59,500 nucleotides of DNA from Minisyncoccia bacterium. GTDB lineage: Bacteria; Patescibacteriota; Minisyncoccia; Phycocordibacterales; Phycocordibacteraceae. The stretch covers positions 1-59,500 of the forward strand of contig JBAQEU010000035.1 of NCBI GenBank assembly GCA_049286905.1. Direction: 5' to 3'. The notes under the pieces are model-generated. The model saw only the letters and a program-made list of their open reading frames with translations, made no database searches and was not told where the DNA came from. Below, in pieces: positions 22,708 to 31,390 of this stretch. Both the position numbers and the translations under genes were made by a program. Position 1 is the first letter of the stretch. Every line of letters begins with the position of its first letter.

Positions 22708-24669
22708 ATGAACAAAAAAGGATGGGGATTTGATACGAAAGATATAGACAAGAAGGTACGGCCGCAGGATGACTTCTTCCACTACGCGAGCGGTGGGTGG
22801 ATGCAGAAGAACCCGATACCGAAAGAGGAAGCGCGCTGGGGCTCGTTTACCATGCTCCGCCACACGACCGACAAACAGCTGAATGTTCTGTTGAAAAAAG
22901 TCGTGGGGAAAAAGAGTGCGGCGAAAGGCAGTCCTGAACAAATGATTCGTGATTTGTACGCATCCGGAATGGACTTGCCGGCTCGTCGTGCACTCGGTGT
23001 CGCTCCCCTCGCCCCGCTCATGAAGCGCATCGAGAGCATCAAGTCGCCGCAAGACATCGTAACCACGGTCGCGCACCTAGAGCGCGTCGGCTCTGGCGGT
23101 ATCTGGGGCGCAGGTATTGACCAAGACATGAAAGACAGCGAGAAGTACATCATGTACCTCGGCCAGGGCGGGCTGGGGATGCCTGATCGCGACTACTATT
23201 TGAAGAACGACGACGAGATGAAGCGCGTGCGCGAGGCATATGAGAAGCACTTGGTGCGACTCCTCGAGCTAGCAGGGCGGAAAGCTACAGCAAAAGAAGA
23301 GGCCGCGCTCGTGCTCAAGATCGAGACCGCGATTGCGAAAGTCTCTATGACGAAAGAGGACCTGCGCGACGTGGACAAGACCTACCACAAGAAGTCGCTC
23401 GCACAGCTGACCAAGCTCACGCACACTATCGACTGGAAAAACTACTTCAAGATACTCGGCACTGAGCCGAAAAACGTCGTCGTGATGCAACCGAAGTTCT
23501 TCGAGGCGGCAGAAAAGATGCTCAAGACGTTTTCGATTGTCGAATGGCAGACGTATCTCCGCACCCATGTGATTGGCGACTTCGCGTCGTTCCTCACACC
23601 TGAGCTCGAGAAAGAAAACTTCGCATTCTACGCCACAGTGCTTACAGGAACTAAGGACATGAAGCCACTCTGGCGACGCATCCTCCGCGTCGTGAATGGC
23701 GGATTGAACGAGGTGTTTGGCGAGCTCTACGTGAAGGAATACTTCCCCGCCGCGGCGAAGCACAAGGTCGCCGTCGTGGTGGCTGATCTCTTCCGTGCGT
23801 ATGAAGCACGCATCAAGAACCTCGACTGGATGAGTCCTGCGACAAAGAAGAAAGCTATCGTGAAGCTGAAGCAGATGAATCGCAAGCTCGGCTACCCGGA
23901 CAAATGGAAGAGCTACAAGGGACTCGTCATAAAGGCCGACGACTACGTGGGCAACGTGCTCCGCGTGAGCGAGTTCGAACACAAGCGCGCGATGCGCCGC
24001 CTCAGCAAGCCTGTCGACCACAAGGAGTGGTTCATGAGCCCGCAGACCGTAAACGCGTACTGCAGTTTCGGCATGAACGACATCGTCTTCCCTGCCGCTA
24101 TCCTTCAGCACCCGTTCTTCGAGGTCTCGGCCGACGACGCATTCAACTATGGCGCGATAGGCTCGGTCATCGGTCATGAAATAACACACGGCTTCGACGA
24201 CCAGGGATGCAAGTTCGATGGTAAGGGCAACAGAAAGACGTGGTGGACACCTACCGACACAAAGCGCTTCACCGAGAAGTCGAAGAAAGTCGTAAAAGAG
24301 TTCAACGGCTACGAAGTCGATGGCGGCTTGAAGGTGAACGGCCAGCTCACACTCGGCGAAAACATCGCTGATCTCGGCGGGCTCTCTATCGCCTTTGACG
24401 CGTACCAGCTCCGTCTCAAGGAGACCGGCCGTAAAGACCTCGACGGCTTTACTCCCGAACAGCGATTCTTCTTGGGCTATGCCTGCACCGAGCGCGAGCA
24501 GGAGCGGCCCGAGTTCCGCAAGACGCAGGTGATGACCGACCCTCACTCACCGTCGAAGTTCCGGGTGAATGGCCCACTCTCAAACCTCCCCGAGTTCTAC
24601 GAGGCGTTCGGTGTGCAGAAAGGCGACAAGCTGTACCGCGCTCCCTCTGACCGCGCAAAGATTTGGTAA
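22708..24669 (+). CDS. M13-family zinc metallopeptidase (neprilysin/PepO-like)
   Basis: 653 aa with HEITHGFDDQG (HExxH), GENIADLGG (ExxxD) and a NAYC block. Confidence 0.93.
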   Translation: MNKKGWGFDTKDIDKKVRPQDDFFHYASGGWMQKNPIPKEEARWGSFTMLRHTTDKQLNVLLKKVVGKKSAAKGSPEQMIRDLYASGMDLPARRALGVAPLAPLMKRIESIKSPQDIVTTVAHLERVGSGGIWGAGIDQDMKDSEKYIMYLGQGGLGMPDRDYYLKNDDEMKRVREAYEKHLVRLLELAGRKATAKEEAALVLKIETAIAKVSMTKEDLRDVDKTYHKKSLAQLTKLTHTIDWKNYFKILGTEPKNVVVMQPKFFEAAEKMLKTFSIVEWQTYLRTHVIGDFASFLTPELEKENFAFYATVLTGTKDMKPLWRRILRVVNGGLNEVFGELYVKEYFPAAAKHKVAVVVADLFRAYEARIKNLDWMSPATKKKAIVKLKQMNRKLGYPDKWKSYKGLVIKADDYVGNVLRVSEFEHKRAMRRLSKPVDHKEWFMSPQTVNAYCSFGMNDIVFPAAILQHPFFEVSADDAFNYGAIGSVIGHEITHGFDDQGCKFDGKGNRKTWWTPTDTKRFTEKSKKVVKEFNGYEVDGGLKVNGQLTLGENIADLGGLSIAFDAYQLRLKETGRKDLDGFTPEQRFFLGYACTEREQERPEFRKTQVMTDPHSPSKFRVNGPLSNLPEFYEAFGVQKGDKLYRAPSDRAKIW

Positions 24670-24673
24670 GTCA

Positions 24674-24702
24674 AAATATCAGACATCCGATGTCTGATAT
24701 TT
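24674..24702. terminator. bidirectional hairpin AAATATCAGACATC-C-GATGTCTGATATTT between convergent genes
   Basis: Perfect 14-bp arms between the M13 peptidase (+) stop and the HD gene (-) stop. Confidence 0.6.
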
Positions 24703-24745
24703 GTCACTTAGCGGCGAAACCCCTAAGTAATTTCTGAGCTCAAAG

Positions 24746-25303
24746 TTACGCAAAGACTTCCTTTTCGCGTGCGTGCACTTGGGCGAGGCGCTTCGTGAGT
24801 CGGTGCTCAGGCAGACGCCTCTGAGCAATCTTGAGCGCTTCGCTGTGATACCAGACATACTCGCTGGACGGTTGTTTCCAACGAGCGAAAATCTCTGCAC
24901 CTTCTTTCTCAAAAGCTTCGAGCTTGCTCTCGATGTTGTCTATTTTGTCAGCCACCGCGATGAGTATCGCCTCGTCGTTCGCGTTCCCGAGATTCTCGAG
25001 ATACGCGACTTTTCGTTCTTTCCACTCGAGCCCTTTGGGTTCAGACACCGCCTCGACGAGTTCCGCGACGTGTTCGTTGAACGTCTGTGCAATCTCTTCA
25101 CGGGTCGTCGCAGTATCTTCGAGCGTATCGTGCAGGAGCGCCGCCGTGACGACGTCGTCGCTCGCGCCGTCTTCGGCGACAAGAAGCGCGACTGAGAAGA
25201 GGTGGGTGATGTACGGCAGAGGTTCTACCTCGATGCGCATCTGTCCGTGATGCTTCCTGGCGGCGAACTGCAGTGCCTTCTTTATCTGCGGGGTGTGGTT
25301 CAT
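24746..25303 (-). CDS. HD-domain protein, RelA/SpoT-type (p)ppGpp hydrolase-like (small alarmone hydrolase)
   Basis: 185 aa with AARKHHGQMR, PYITHLFSVA and AALLHDTLEDT (the HD motif). No synthetase domain. Confidence 0.8.
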   Translation of the reverse strand: MNHTPQIKKALQFAARKHHGQMRIEVEPLPYITHLFSVALLVAEDGASDDVVTAALLHDTLEDTATTREEIAQTFNEHVAELVEAVSEPKGLEWKERKVAYLENLGNANDEAILIAVADKIDNIESKLEAFEKEGAEIFARWKQPSSEYVWYHSEALKIAQRRLPEHRLTKRLAQVHAREKEVFA

Positions 25304-25336
25304 GAATAAGAGCGTATCACATTGTTCCGGGCGTAT

Positions 25337-25364
25337 AAAAAACTACCGCGAGGATTCCTCGCGG
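25337..25364 (-). terminator. intrinsic terminator CCGCGAGG-att-CCTCGCGG after paralog A
   Basis: 8-bp GC stem plus a T-run on the minus strand. Confidence 0.65.
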
Positions 25365-25369
25365 CGGTG

Positions 25370-25735
25370 CTACAAATATATCGTATAGCTGGCAATATAG
25401 CCGACGGTACTTGTTTGAAAGAAAAACCGTCCATTTGGGAACATTATCGGCAAGGCAATTCCATCCCTTCTGATATACACCGGCTCGATATCGAGATCCG
25501 ACGATGACATACAGAGCTTGGATTTGCTTATGTATATTCCAATCAGGGTTCCCGGAAGAAATTCGGCATATCCTTTTCCGTATCTGGTCGTAATCTCAAT
25601 AAGTTTTGAATCTTCTTTGAGTTCATCGCTCAGTTTCGTCACCATTGTTTCCCATGAGATGGTGAATCCCGGAACTGAATATTTATACTGGTATGCCAAC
25701 TCGGTTGGCAGGTCTACGACATTCAAAATTCCCAC
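25370..25735 (-). CDS. hypothetical protein, FPNGxFFF family, paralog A
   Basis: Start chosen at GTG 25735, 7 nt after SD GAGGAG (the track start 25750 is also GTG). It shares LIEIT..GY...IY...FPNG(R/S)FFF with paralog B. Confidence 0.6.
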   Translation of the reverse strand: MGILNVVDLPTELAYQYKYSVPGFTISWETMVTKLSDELKEDSKLIEITTRYGKGYAEFLPGTLIGIYISKSKLCMSSSDLDIEPVYIRRDGIALPIMFPNGRFFFQTSTVGYIASYTIYL

Positions 25736-25814
25736 AATGATGCTCCTCACACGTGCTCCCGGCTGACTGCGGAAACTTCAGTCTGCTGCAGTATTTCAAG
25801 CAATTCCAATGGGG

Positions 25815-25823
25815 ATTATACCA
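25815..25823 (-). promoter_or_regulatory. extended -10 TGGTATAAT for paralog A
   Basis: The minus strand reads GATAGTGGTATAATCCCC, upstream of the shared 18-nt leader motif. Confidence 0.5.
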
Positions 25824-25848
25824 CTATCCGACCACCCAGTCTATGTAT

Positions 25849-25882
25849 AAAAAAGCGGTCGCGAGGGGGAAATCCTCGCGAC
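25849..25882 (-). terminator. intrinsic terminator GTCGCGAGG-loop-CCTCGCGAC after paralog B
   Basis: 9-bp stem plus a T-run on the minus strand. The stem core CGCGAGG is shared with 25346..25364. Confidence 0.65.
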
Positions 25883-25889
25883 ATTGAAA

Positions 25890-26237
25890 CTACAGTGTCC
25901 GTATCGTGCAATTGTAGCCATTCGCACTGAAGAAGAAACTGCCGTTCGGGAATCTCGTGACAGAAAAGAGTTCCAGGTGCCAGATGTCAATCGGACTGAT
26001 TGCAAGCCGCGGTCCGAGCAGGTAGAGGTCTGTCCCTGCCAGGTAGATTTCATCCAGCTCACCTTCTTCAACTTGGTCATACCCGTCCGGACTCTTCTCC
26101 ATTGTTATCTCGAGGATTCTCGGAAGGATGTCGATGTCTTCGTTTATTTCTGCAACCATTTCTTCTATCAAGACCGTGGTGCAGGGCTGTTGGTACTGCG
26201 GCGAAGCGAACTCGCCTTTCCCTGATGAAAGGTGCAT
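25890..26237 (-). CDS. hypothetical acidic protein, FPNGxFFF family, paralog B
   Basis: 115 aa with ATG 6 nt after SD AAGGAGG. It is roughly 30% identical by eye to paralog A over the C-terminal ~80 aa. Confidence 0.6.
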   Translation of the reverse strand: MHLSSGKGEFASPQYQQPCTTVLIEEMVAEINEDIDILPRILEITMEKSPDGYDQVEEGELDEIYLAGTDLYLLGPRLAISPIDIWHLELFSVTRFPNGSFFFSANGYNCTIRTL

Positions 26238-26304
26238 AGCGGTCCTCCTTTTAGGAACTGCGTGTTTCCGATTGACTGCGGAAACTTCAGCCGACTCCGG
26301 ATAT

Positions 26305-26313
26305 AGTGTACCA
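26305..26313 (-). promoter_or_regulatory. extended -10 TGGTACACT for paralog B
   Basis: The minus strand reads GCAGTGGTACACTATATCC, upstream of the shared 18-nt leader motif. Confidence 0.4.
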
Positions 26314-26366
26314 CTGCATTTGGAAAAGAAACGCGCCCGCTGGGAAACTCCAGCGAGCGCAATGCC

Positions 26367-27032
26367 TTATTTGGATGGCACAAAACCATCTTCTGGTGTC
26401 AGAAGCGCGAGCGGGAGCCGTGACGCAACTTCAATCCAGTGTCCATTGACTCCACCCGAGAGGTGAATGAGAACTGAGCTGTTGTACCCCCGGCGAGGTG
26501 TGGACAACACACGGTCGCCTGTTGCAAGCGTATCGCCAACGAAAAGCGTACGCGGTTGGGAGACACGAGGAGTCCTCAGACGGTTCTCTCCATTCCCATA
26601 GCGTTCTCGATGTTCAACGAACCCATAGGGTCGGCGTTCATGTTCTGACAAAGGCCATCCGGGTGGCGCGTTTTTGTCTCGGGCGAAGACAAGATTCAAA
26701 CCTTCCTCTTGTCTGCCGACAATCTTCTCATGTGTCGCTCTGTCCATGTTTCCGGTAAACGCGGCACAATTGACGACAAATTCCCGTGGTTCAGGAATAT
26801 TGACCACACCGAAACGCCCTTCCAGAAACACTGTCGCAATCCGGACTGTAAGCGACAGCACCCCCGGCTTGAGATTGATCACAAGATGAAGGTCGTGATC
26901 TTTGAGTTTGTAGTCGGTAATTTCGAATGTTGGCGGTTTGTCGGTGAACCATGTTTGTTCCACCACATGCCACCCCCCTTGATCGAGAGCCGCGACCAGT
27001 CTCTCAAGTCTCTGTTGTGTGTTCATACTCAC
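26367..27032 (-). CDS. hypothetical protein (221 aa, orphan)
   Basis: SD GAGGAGAAG 5 nt before the ATG, with its own sigma-70-like promoter. No motif recognised. Confidence 0.6.
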   Translation of the reverse strand: MSMNTQQRLERLVAALDQGGWHVVEQTWFTDKPPTFEITDYKLKDHDLHLVINLKPGVLSLTVRIATVFLEGRFGVVNIPEPREFVVNCAAFTGNMDRATHEKIVGRQEEGLNLVFARDKNAPPGWPLSEHERRPYGFVEHRERYGNGENRLRTPRVSQPRTLFVGDTLATGDRVLSTPRRGYNSSVLIHLSGGVNGHWIEVASRLPLALLTPEDGFVPSK

Positions 27033-27079
27033 TTCTCCTCACAGACGTTAATGAAAATAACTTCTTGTACCCTCGAGGT

Positions 27080-27108
27080 ACTCTATGGTTTTTCTGTGTG
27101 TACGTCAA
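27080..27108 (-). promoter_or_regulatory. sigma-70-like promoter TTGACG-17 nt-TAGAGT for the 221-aa gene
   Basis: It starts directly after the ung stop. It is followed by the partial palindrome GTACCTCGAGGGTAC. Confidence 0.5.
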
Positions 27109-27777
27109 TTACAGCCAGTTTATGGGAGTTTCTCCGTGCGCGATGAGATAGTCATTCGTCTTACTGAAGTGTTTGCAACCGAAGAAGCCGGAGGCGGCAG
27201 AAAACGGCGACGGGTGCGGTGCTTCGAGCACGAGATGCTTGGTGCGGTCTATGTGAGCGCCTTTTGCTCTAGCATAGTTTCCCCACAACAGAAAGACGAG
27301 ATTCTCCCGTTCATTTGAAAGCCTGTGGATAACCTCGTCGGTGAACTGTTCCCACCCACGGTCCTGGTGCGAGCCAGCCGTGTGCGCACGAACGGTAAGC
27401 GTGGCGTTCAGAAGCAAGACGCCCTGCTCTGCCCACCGTGAGAGGTCACCATCGGTGTGCGTGAGCGGCTTCCCCAAGTCGCTCTCAATTTCTTTGAAGA
27501 TGTTTTGTAGAGATGGTGGTATTTTTGTGTGCTCGTCTACAGCAAATGCGAGACCGTTGGCCTGTCCGTCGCCGTGGTAGGGGTCCTGTCCGAGTATCAC
27601 CACCTTTACCTTGTCGAAAGGACACAGGTCGAAAGCGCGAAAGATGTTTTTCGGCGCAGGGTACACTGCGCCGTCTCGGTACTCTTTCTTAACGAATGAG
27701 GTGAGTTCTTTGAAATATTCTTTCTCAGATTCCCCCGAGAGGTGCTCTTTCCATGACGGTTCTATCTTCACGTTCAT
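27109..27777 (-). CDS. ung: uracil-DNA glycosylase, family 1
   Basis: 222 aa with the GQDPYHG water-activating motif and the HPSPFSA leucine-loop region. Confidence 0.95.
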   Translation of the reverse strand: MNVKIEPSWKEHLSGESEKEYFKELTSFVKKEYRDGAVYPAPKNIFRAFDLCPFDKVKVVILGQDPYHGDGQANGLAFAVDEHTKIPPSLQNIFKEIESDLGKPLTHTDGDLSRWAEQGVLLLNATLTVRAHTAGSHQDRGWEQFTDEVIHRLSNERENLVFLLWGNYARAKGAHIDRTKHLVLEAPHPSPFSAASGFFGCKHFSKTNDYLIAHGETPINWL

Positions 27778-28568
27778 TTCTTTTTGTTTTTATTATGAAG
27801 TGAAAGAAGGATCTTCCCGGCGCTCTCTCGGTACGTGCAGTACTCGCACGGGCCGCCGCCAAACGAAGTGCCGACTGCGGGTATCTCGTCGCTCATGAGC
27901 ATCTTCTTCAGACCCACGACCGCTGGTTCGACCCATTCGTCGCTTCCCGTATAGGGGATAAGTTTGATGTCGAACTCAAGCTTCCCATCAAATGCTTTTG
28001 CATCGGCTTTGCCGTTTACATAGACGAAATACACCGTCGGCGATACGGCGAAACCATTCTTACGGAAAAGCCACTGATAAATCTCGAGCTGGCGTTTGTA
28101 GGAGTCGTATAAATCGTCTTCGGTGCTCGGTCCGACGTTCTTGCTCGTCGCTTTGTAGTCAACAATGATGAGCTCCCCGGCAGGGTTCACCCATACGTCG
28201 TCGATGCCGCCTCGAACGAGAATATTGGTCGGCTCATGCAGATACGCGATGCCGCGACGGAGCGCATCGCGCCACTCCTCCATACGCTCGTCATTAAGCG
28301 GTATCGCGTCGAGACCATACGCTTCGACGAGTGGGTGCTTACTGCCTTTTGCGCGGTGGATGTCGAACTCACGCTTCAAGAGCTCGTCGACAGCGTTATT
28401 GAGAGTGAACGAGGGCATGGACGGACGCTTTACACCGAGCCGCATATCGAGGTAGGCGCACCGCGGACACTCGGTGAAGAGGTCGAGCTTGGAACGGCTC
28501 ACCTTGTAGGGCGCTTGTGAAGACGGATCAAATGGTCCGTAGCTCGCTTTATAGCTTTTCACTGCCAT
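27774..28568 (-). CDS. PD-(D/E)XK nuclease-fold protein with terminal Cys pairs (Cas4/RecB-family-like)
   Basis: 264 aa with GGIDDVW...LIIVDYKAT...QLEIYQW (D..D/ExK..Q.xxY). N-terminal CPRC and C-terminal CEYC. It overlaps ung by 4 nt. Confidence 0.7.
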   Translation of the reverse strand: MAVKSYKASYGPFDPSSQAPYKVSRSKLDLFTECPRCAYLDMRLGVKRPSMPSFTLNNAVDELLKREFDIHRAKGSKHPLVEAYGLDAIPLNDERMEEWRDALRRGIAYLHEPTNILVRGGIDDVWVNPAGELIIVDYKATSKNVGPSTEDDLYDSYKRQLEIYQWLFRKNGFAVSPTVYFVYVNGKADAKAFDGKLEFDIKLIPYTGSDEWVEPAVVGLKKMLMSDEIPAVGTSFGGGPCEYCTYRESAGKILLSLHNKNKKK

Positions 28569-28570
28569 AG

Positions 28571-29050
28571 CTAGTCGGTGGTCGTGAAGCGAGCGATAAC
28601 CGGTGCACCCGTTGCGAAGTCGACATAGACGCTGTCGGTCGCGAGATCAAAAGTGTTGTTGCCGTCATCGCGATAGAGCTCGATTGCATACGGCAGACCA
28701 GGCTCAGTCGCGCGCAAGAGCGGAATGGAGACATTACTTCTCGGGCCGTCGACGCGCACCGCCCCGAGCACGTTCCCAAGATCGTTCCCGTTTACCTCGC
28801 GTACCGCGACCCAGACTCCCGGGGGCGGCACCGTGACTGTTTCAACGACGACTTCCGAGCTGGCTTTCTGGTTCGTGACAGAAACTGCTCCGCTTTCAGG
28901 AACAGTCTGTTTGGTGTCGGAGACGGAAAGAGATGATGCTGGTGCGAAAGGCAGAAGCGAAGAATCGCTCTCGAAAAGCCACGCGCCCGTAAAAAGCACC
29001 CCGAGCATGAATCCCGAGACGAATGACCCCATGGAAAAGTTCTTCATCAT
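28571..29050 (-). CDS. membrane-anchored hypothetical protein
   Basis: 159 aa with an N-terminal TM (FVSGFMLGVLFTGAWLF) followed by a beta-rich domain. Confidence 0.55.
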   Translation of the reverse strand: MMKNFSMGSFVSGFMLGVLFTGAWLFESDSSLLPFAPASSLSVSDTKQTVPESGAVSVTNQKASSEVVVETVTVPPPGVWVAVREVNGNDLGNVLGAVRVDGPRSNVSIPLLRATEPGLPYAIELYRDDGNNTFDLATDSVYVDFATGAPVIARFTTTD

Positions 29051-29916
29051 AGGAATACAGTATCACGTGTCGCTTCCGGAAGAGAGAGGAGCCCTTCCGC
29101 CTCGGCGAGGATGTCCCCCACACGGTCGGCAGGAAGCCGGAGGACGTCAAGGCGACGGCGATTGCGAATTATTTCATCGACAGCGATGGTGCCATCGTCA
29201 ACCAAAAGCGTTTTCTCTGAATGGGAAAGCCGGGTCAAGGTTGTAATCGGATATATCTTCGCACGGCTCATGCGCATGAAGAGTGAGTCAGCAACCGGGT
29301 AGCCCCAACCCAAGAGCTCGACCCCCGCACACTCGGCATACGCAATCGCTTCGGAAGTGAACTTCGTATTGGTGACCAAGAGACCGCGGTCGATGGGACA
29401 CTCGCGAGTCTTCGGATCGCAAGCGAAGATGTCGTCGAAGCGACTTTTCACATAAAGAGCGACTTTCAAATCGGTTTTATAGTTCGGATCATTGTGGTAT
29501 TTGAGCTCTGCGGCGAGATGCGTCGCCTGCCCTTCGTGCGAGGCGTAGAAGTCTACCTCGTGCGAAACGCACTTCCCTTTTATTATCTTGCGAGTCTCGA
29601 CCTGCCAGCCTTCGCTGGTGTAGAGATGAGAGACGAAATCCTCAAACGGGTGGCCCGTGGGCCCAAGTTCGAGAAGCGCGCGACGGAGTGCATACCGAGC
29701 GGCGACCGGACGCGACTCTTTGCGCAGAAGTGCAAAAGCCCTTGCATATACTTCTCGGGACGACATCCCAGGCACAACCATATCGGTCACGATGCGCGAG
29801 ATACGTTCTGCCGCATGTTCGCCTGCACCGGCGCGCTCCAGAGAGGCGATAAGGCGCGATGGGTCGAACTCTTCGCTTACACCGCCTGCCTTGATAATGA
29901 CAGGAAGCGGGCTCAT
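29047..29916 (-). CDS. ATP-cone domain protein fused to an Mrr-like restriction-endonuclease fold
   Basis: 289 aa. N-terminal VIIKAGGVSEEFDPSRLIASLERAG...SSREVY is ATP-cone-like. The central FEDFVSHLYTSEGWQV...HEVDFYA...AAELKY is an Mrr_cat-like D/E..K core. Confidence 0.65.
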   Translation of the reverse strand: MSPLPVIIKAGGVSEEFDPSRLIASLERAGAGEHAAERISRIVTDMVVPGMSSREVYARAFALLRKESRPVAARYALRRALLELGPTGHPFEDFVSHLYTSEGWQVETRKIIKGKCVSHEVDFYASHEGQATHLAAELKYHNDPNYKTDLKVALYVKSRFDDIFACDPKTRECPIDRGLLVTNTKFTSEAIAYAECAGVELLGWGYPVADSLFMRMSRAKIYPITTLTRLSHSEKTLLVDDGTIAVDEIIRNRRRLDVLRLPADRVGDILAEAEGLLSLPEATRDTVFL

Positions 29917-30326
29917 AGGTCGGTTGTCGTTGCTTGTTCCCCATTCACCGTCACCACAATCGGCAGACGGGCGGGAGCAGTGAGCGTCGTGGAGAACGGA
30001 ATCGTAGCAGTACGTTCGAGGCAGATACCCTCACTCTCGGGCATAGTAATCGCCACGAGAATACTCTCGGTGCTCGACGCAGAGCCCAGGAGAGTCGCCT
30101 GTGCACTCAAAGAGGTGCACGGATTCGGTGCGAGAACCGTGCCGGTGATGGTGTGGAGACCTTTCTTAAACGAGTCGCGAATCGCTACTGATGGTATGAC
30201 CGCCGCTTTCTCTTCGGCGATCGGCTCGGGGCTGATATCTCGAGTGCGGGGTACGGAGATGACGAAACTCGCGACGAGAATGGTCGCCAGGATAGTCGCG
30301 AGAAGCCAGAGATTCGTATGTCTCAT
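29913..30326 (-). CDS. membrane-anchored hypothetical protein
   Basis: 137 aa with an N-terminal TM (LWLLATILATILVASFVI). It has 4-nt overlaps with both neighbours. Confidence 0.55.
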   Translation of the reverse strand: MRHTNLWLLATILATILVASFVISVPRTRDISPEPIAEEKAAVIPSVAIRDSFKKGLHTITGTVLAPNPCTSLSAQATLLGSASSTESILVAITMPESEGICLERTATIPFSTTLTAPARLPIVVTVNGEQATTTDL

Positions 30327-31327
30327 GCACTCATGATACCACCCCCCACAAGCTCGTCACCTTGATAGAAGACAATGGATTGTCCAGGAGTGGGGATCTC
30401 GGGAAGTGCGGTAGCGCTCACGAAACGACCATCGTCAATGTGTCCGGCTATGCGCGGACCCCGATATCGGTACTGTGCTTCTGTCACTCGTACTGGTTCA
30501 TCGAACCAGTTTGCATCTGTGAAGGAGATACTCTCGTGTTCGACCTGGTTCTTCGGCATTCTCGTCTTCCCTACCGTAAGCACATTCTTTGCAACATCTT
30601 TTGCCAGAACGAACCAAGGACCCGCTTCTCGCATCCCCCAGGGAGCGATGCGCTCACCAAGCGTGTAGAGGAGCGCCCCGTCATGTTCGCCAACGACGCG
30701 CCCTTGTTCATCCATAGCCTCTCCCGACAGGGTCCCGAACTCACTCCGGAGGAACTCTTCTACCGAAATGTTCCCAAGGAAACACACTCCCTGACTATCT
30801 CGCTTCTCTGCTACCGGCAGGCTGAATCGCTCTGCAAGTTTGCGCACTGCGCTCTTATCCATGTGCCCGACCGGAAATATAGTCGCTTCCAACACTTCTT
30901 TCGGAATTGCCCAGAGGAAATACCTTTGATCTTTTTCTCCGCTCTCATAGTGCCCAGTTGCGATAGCGTCGGCTCCGGATTCTTTCGCATAACGATAGAA
31001 TGCGCCGAACTTCACTTCGCGATTACACATCACGTCTGGGTTCGGGGTGCGCCCGGCACGATACTCAGCAAGCAGGTAGTCAATGACGCCCTTCTTGTAT
31101 TCAGCACTAGCATCAAGTGTATGAAATGGGATATGCAGGCGCGCCGCCACCCGCATCGCGTCGCGGCGGTCTGCCGCCCAGGTGCACGGCATACCCGGCG
31201 GGTACCAGCCCTTGATGAATACGCCCGTCACCTCGGCTCCCGCACGCTGTAGAAGCGCCGCTGACACAGCGGAGTCCACGCCTCCCGAGAGGCCTACAAA
31301 TATCTTCTTCCCGCGTACGTTCTTCAT
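30323..31327 (-). CDS. mnmA: tRNA-specific 2-thiouridylase MnmA
   Basis: 334 aa with the PP-loop VGLSGGVDSAV and conserved Cys residues (PCTW, GVCFLG). Confidence 0.93.
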   Translation of the reverse strand: MKNVRGKKIFVGLSGGVDSAVSAALLQRAGAEVTGVFIKGWYPPGMPCTWAADRRDAMRVAARLHIPFHTLDASAEYKKGVIDYLLAEYRAGRTPNPDVMCNREVKFGAFYRYAKESGADAIATGHYESGEKDQRYFLWAIPKEVLEATIFPVGHMDKSAVRKLAERFSLPVAEKRDSQGVCFLGNISVEEFLRSEFGTLSGEAMDEQGRVVGEHDGALLYTLGERIAPWGMREAGPWFVLAKDVAKNVLTVGKTRMPKNQVEHESISFTDANWFDEPVRVTEAQYRYRGPRIAGHIDDGRFVSATALPEIPTPGQSIVFYQGDELVGGGIMSA

Positions 31328-31333
31328 GCGCCT

Positions 31334-31342
31334 AGCATACCA
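31334..31342 (-). promoter_or_regulatory. extended -10 TGGTATGCT, 6 nt upstream of the mnmA ATG
   Basis: The minus strand reads TGGTATGCTaggcgcATG. Confidence 0.45.
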
Positions 31343-31345
31343 AAA

Positions 31346-31375
31346 ACAAAATCCCGCGCTCGCGCGGGATTTTTC
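31346..31375 (-). terminator. intrinsic terminator after the 91-aa gene
   Basis: ATCCCGC-gctcgc-GCGGGAT stem with A and T runs. Confidence 0.65.
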
Positions 31376-31390
31376 CTATTCATCTAGGGT

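Noticed and set aside
25370-27032. Toxin-antitoxin or polymorphic-toxin/immunity annotation for the three-gene cluster.
   Set aside because: No recognisable toxin, antitoxin HTH, or secretion-associated domain is present. Each gene has its own promoter rather than forming a tight bicistron. It is kept only as a hypothesis in the findings.
27324-27332. Third perfect DnaA box (TGTGGATAA), inside ung.
   Set aside because: It is inside a coding sequence, isolated, and within chance expectation for one 9-mer in about 119 kb of two-strand sequence.
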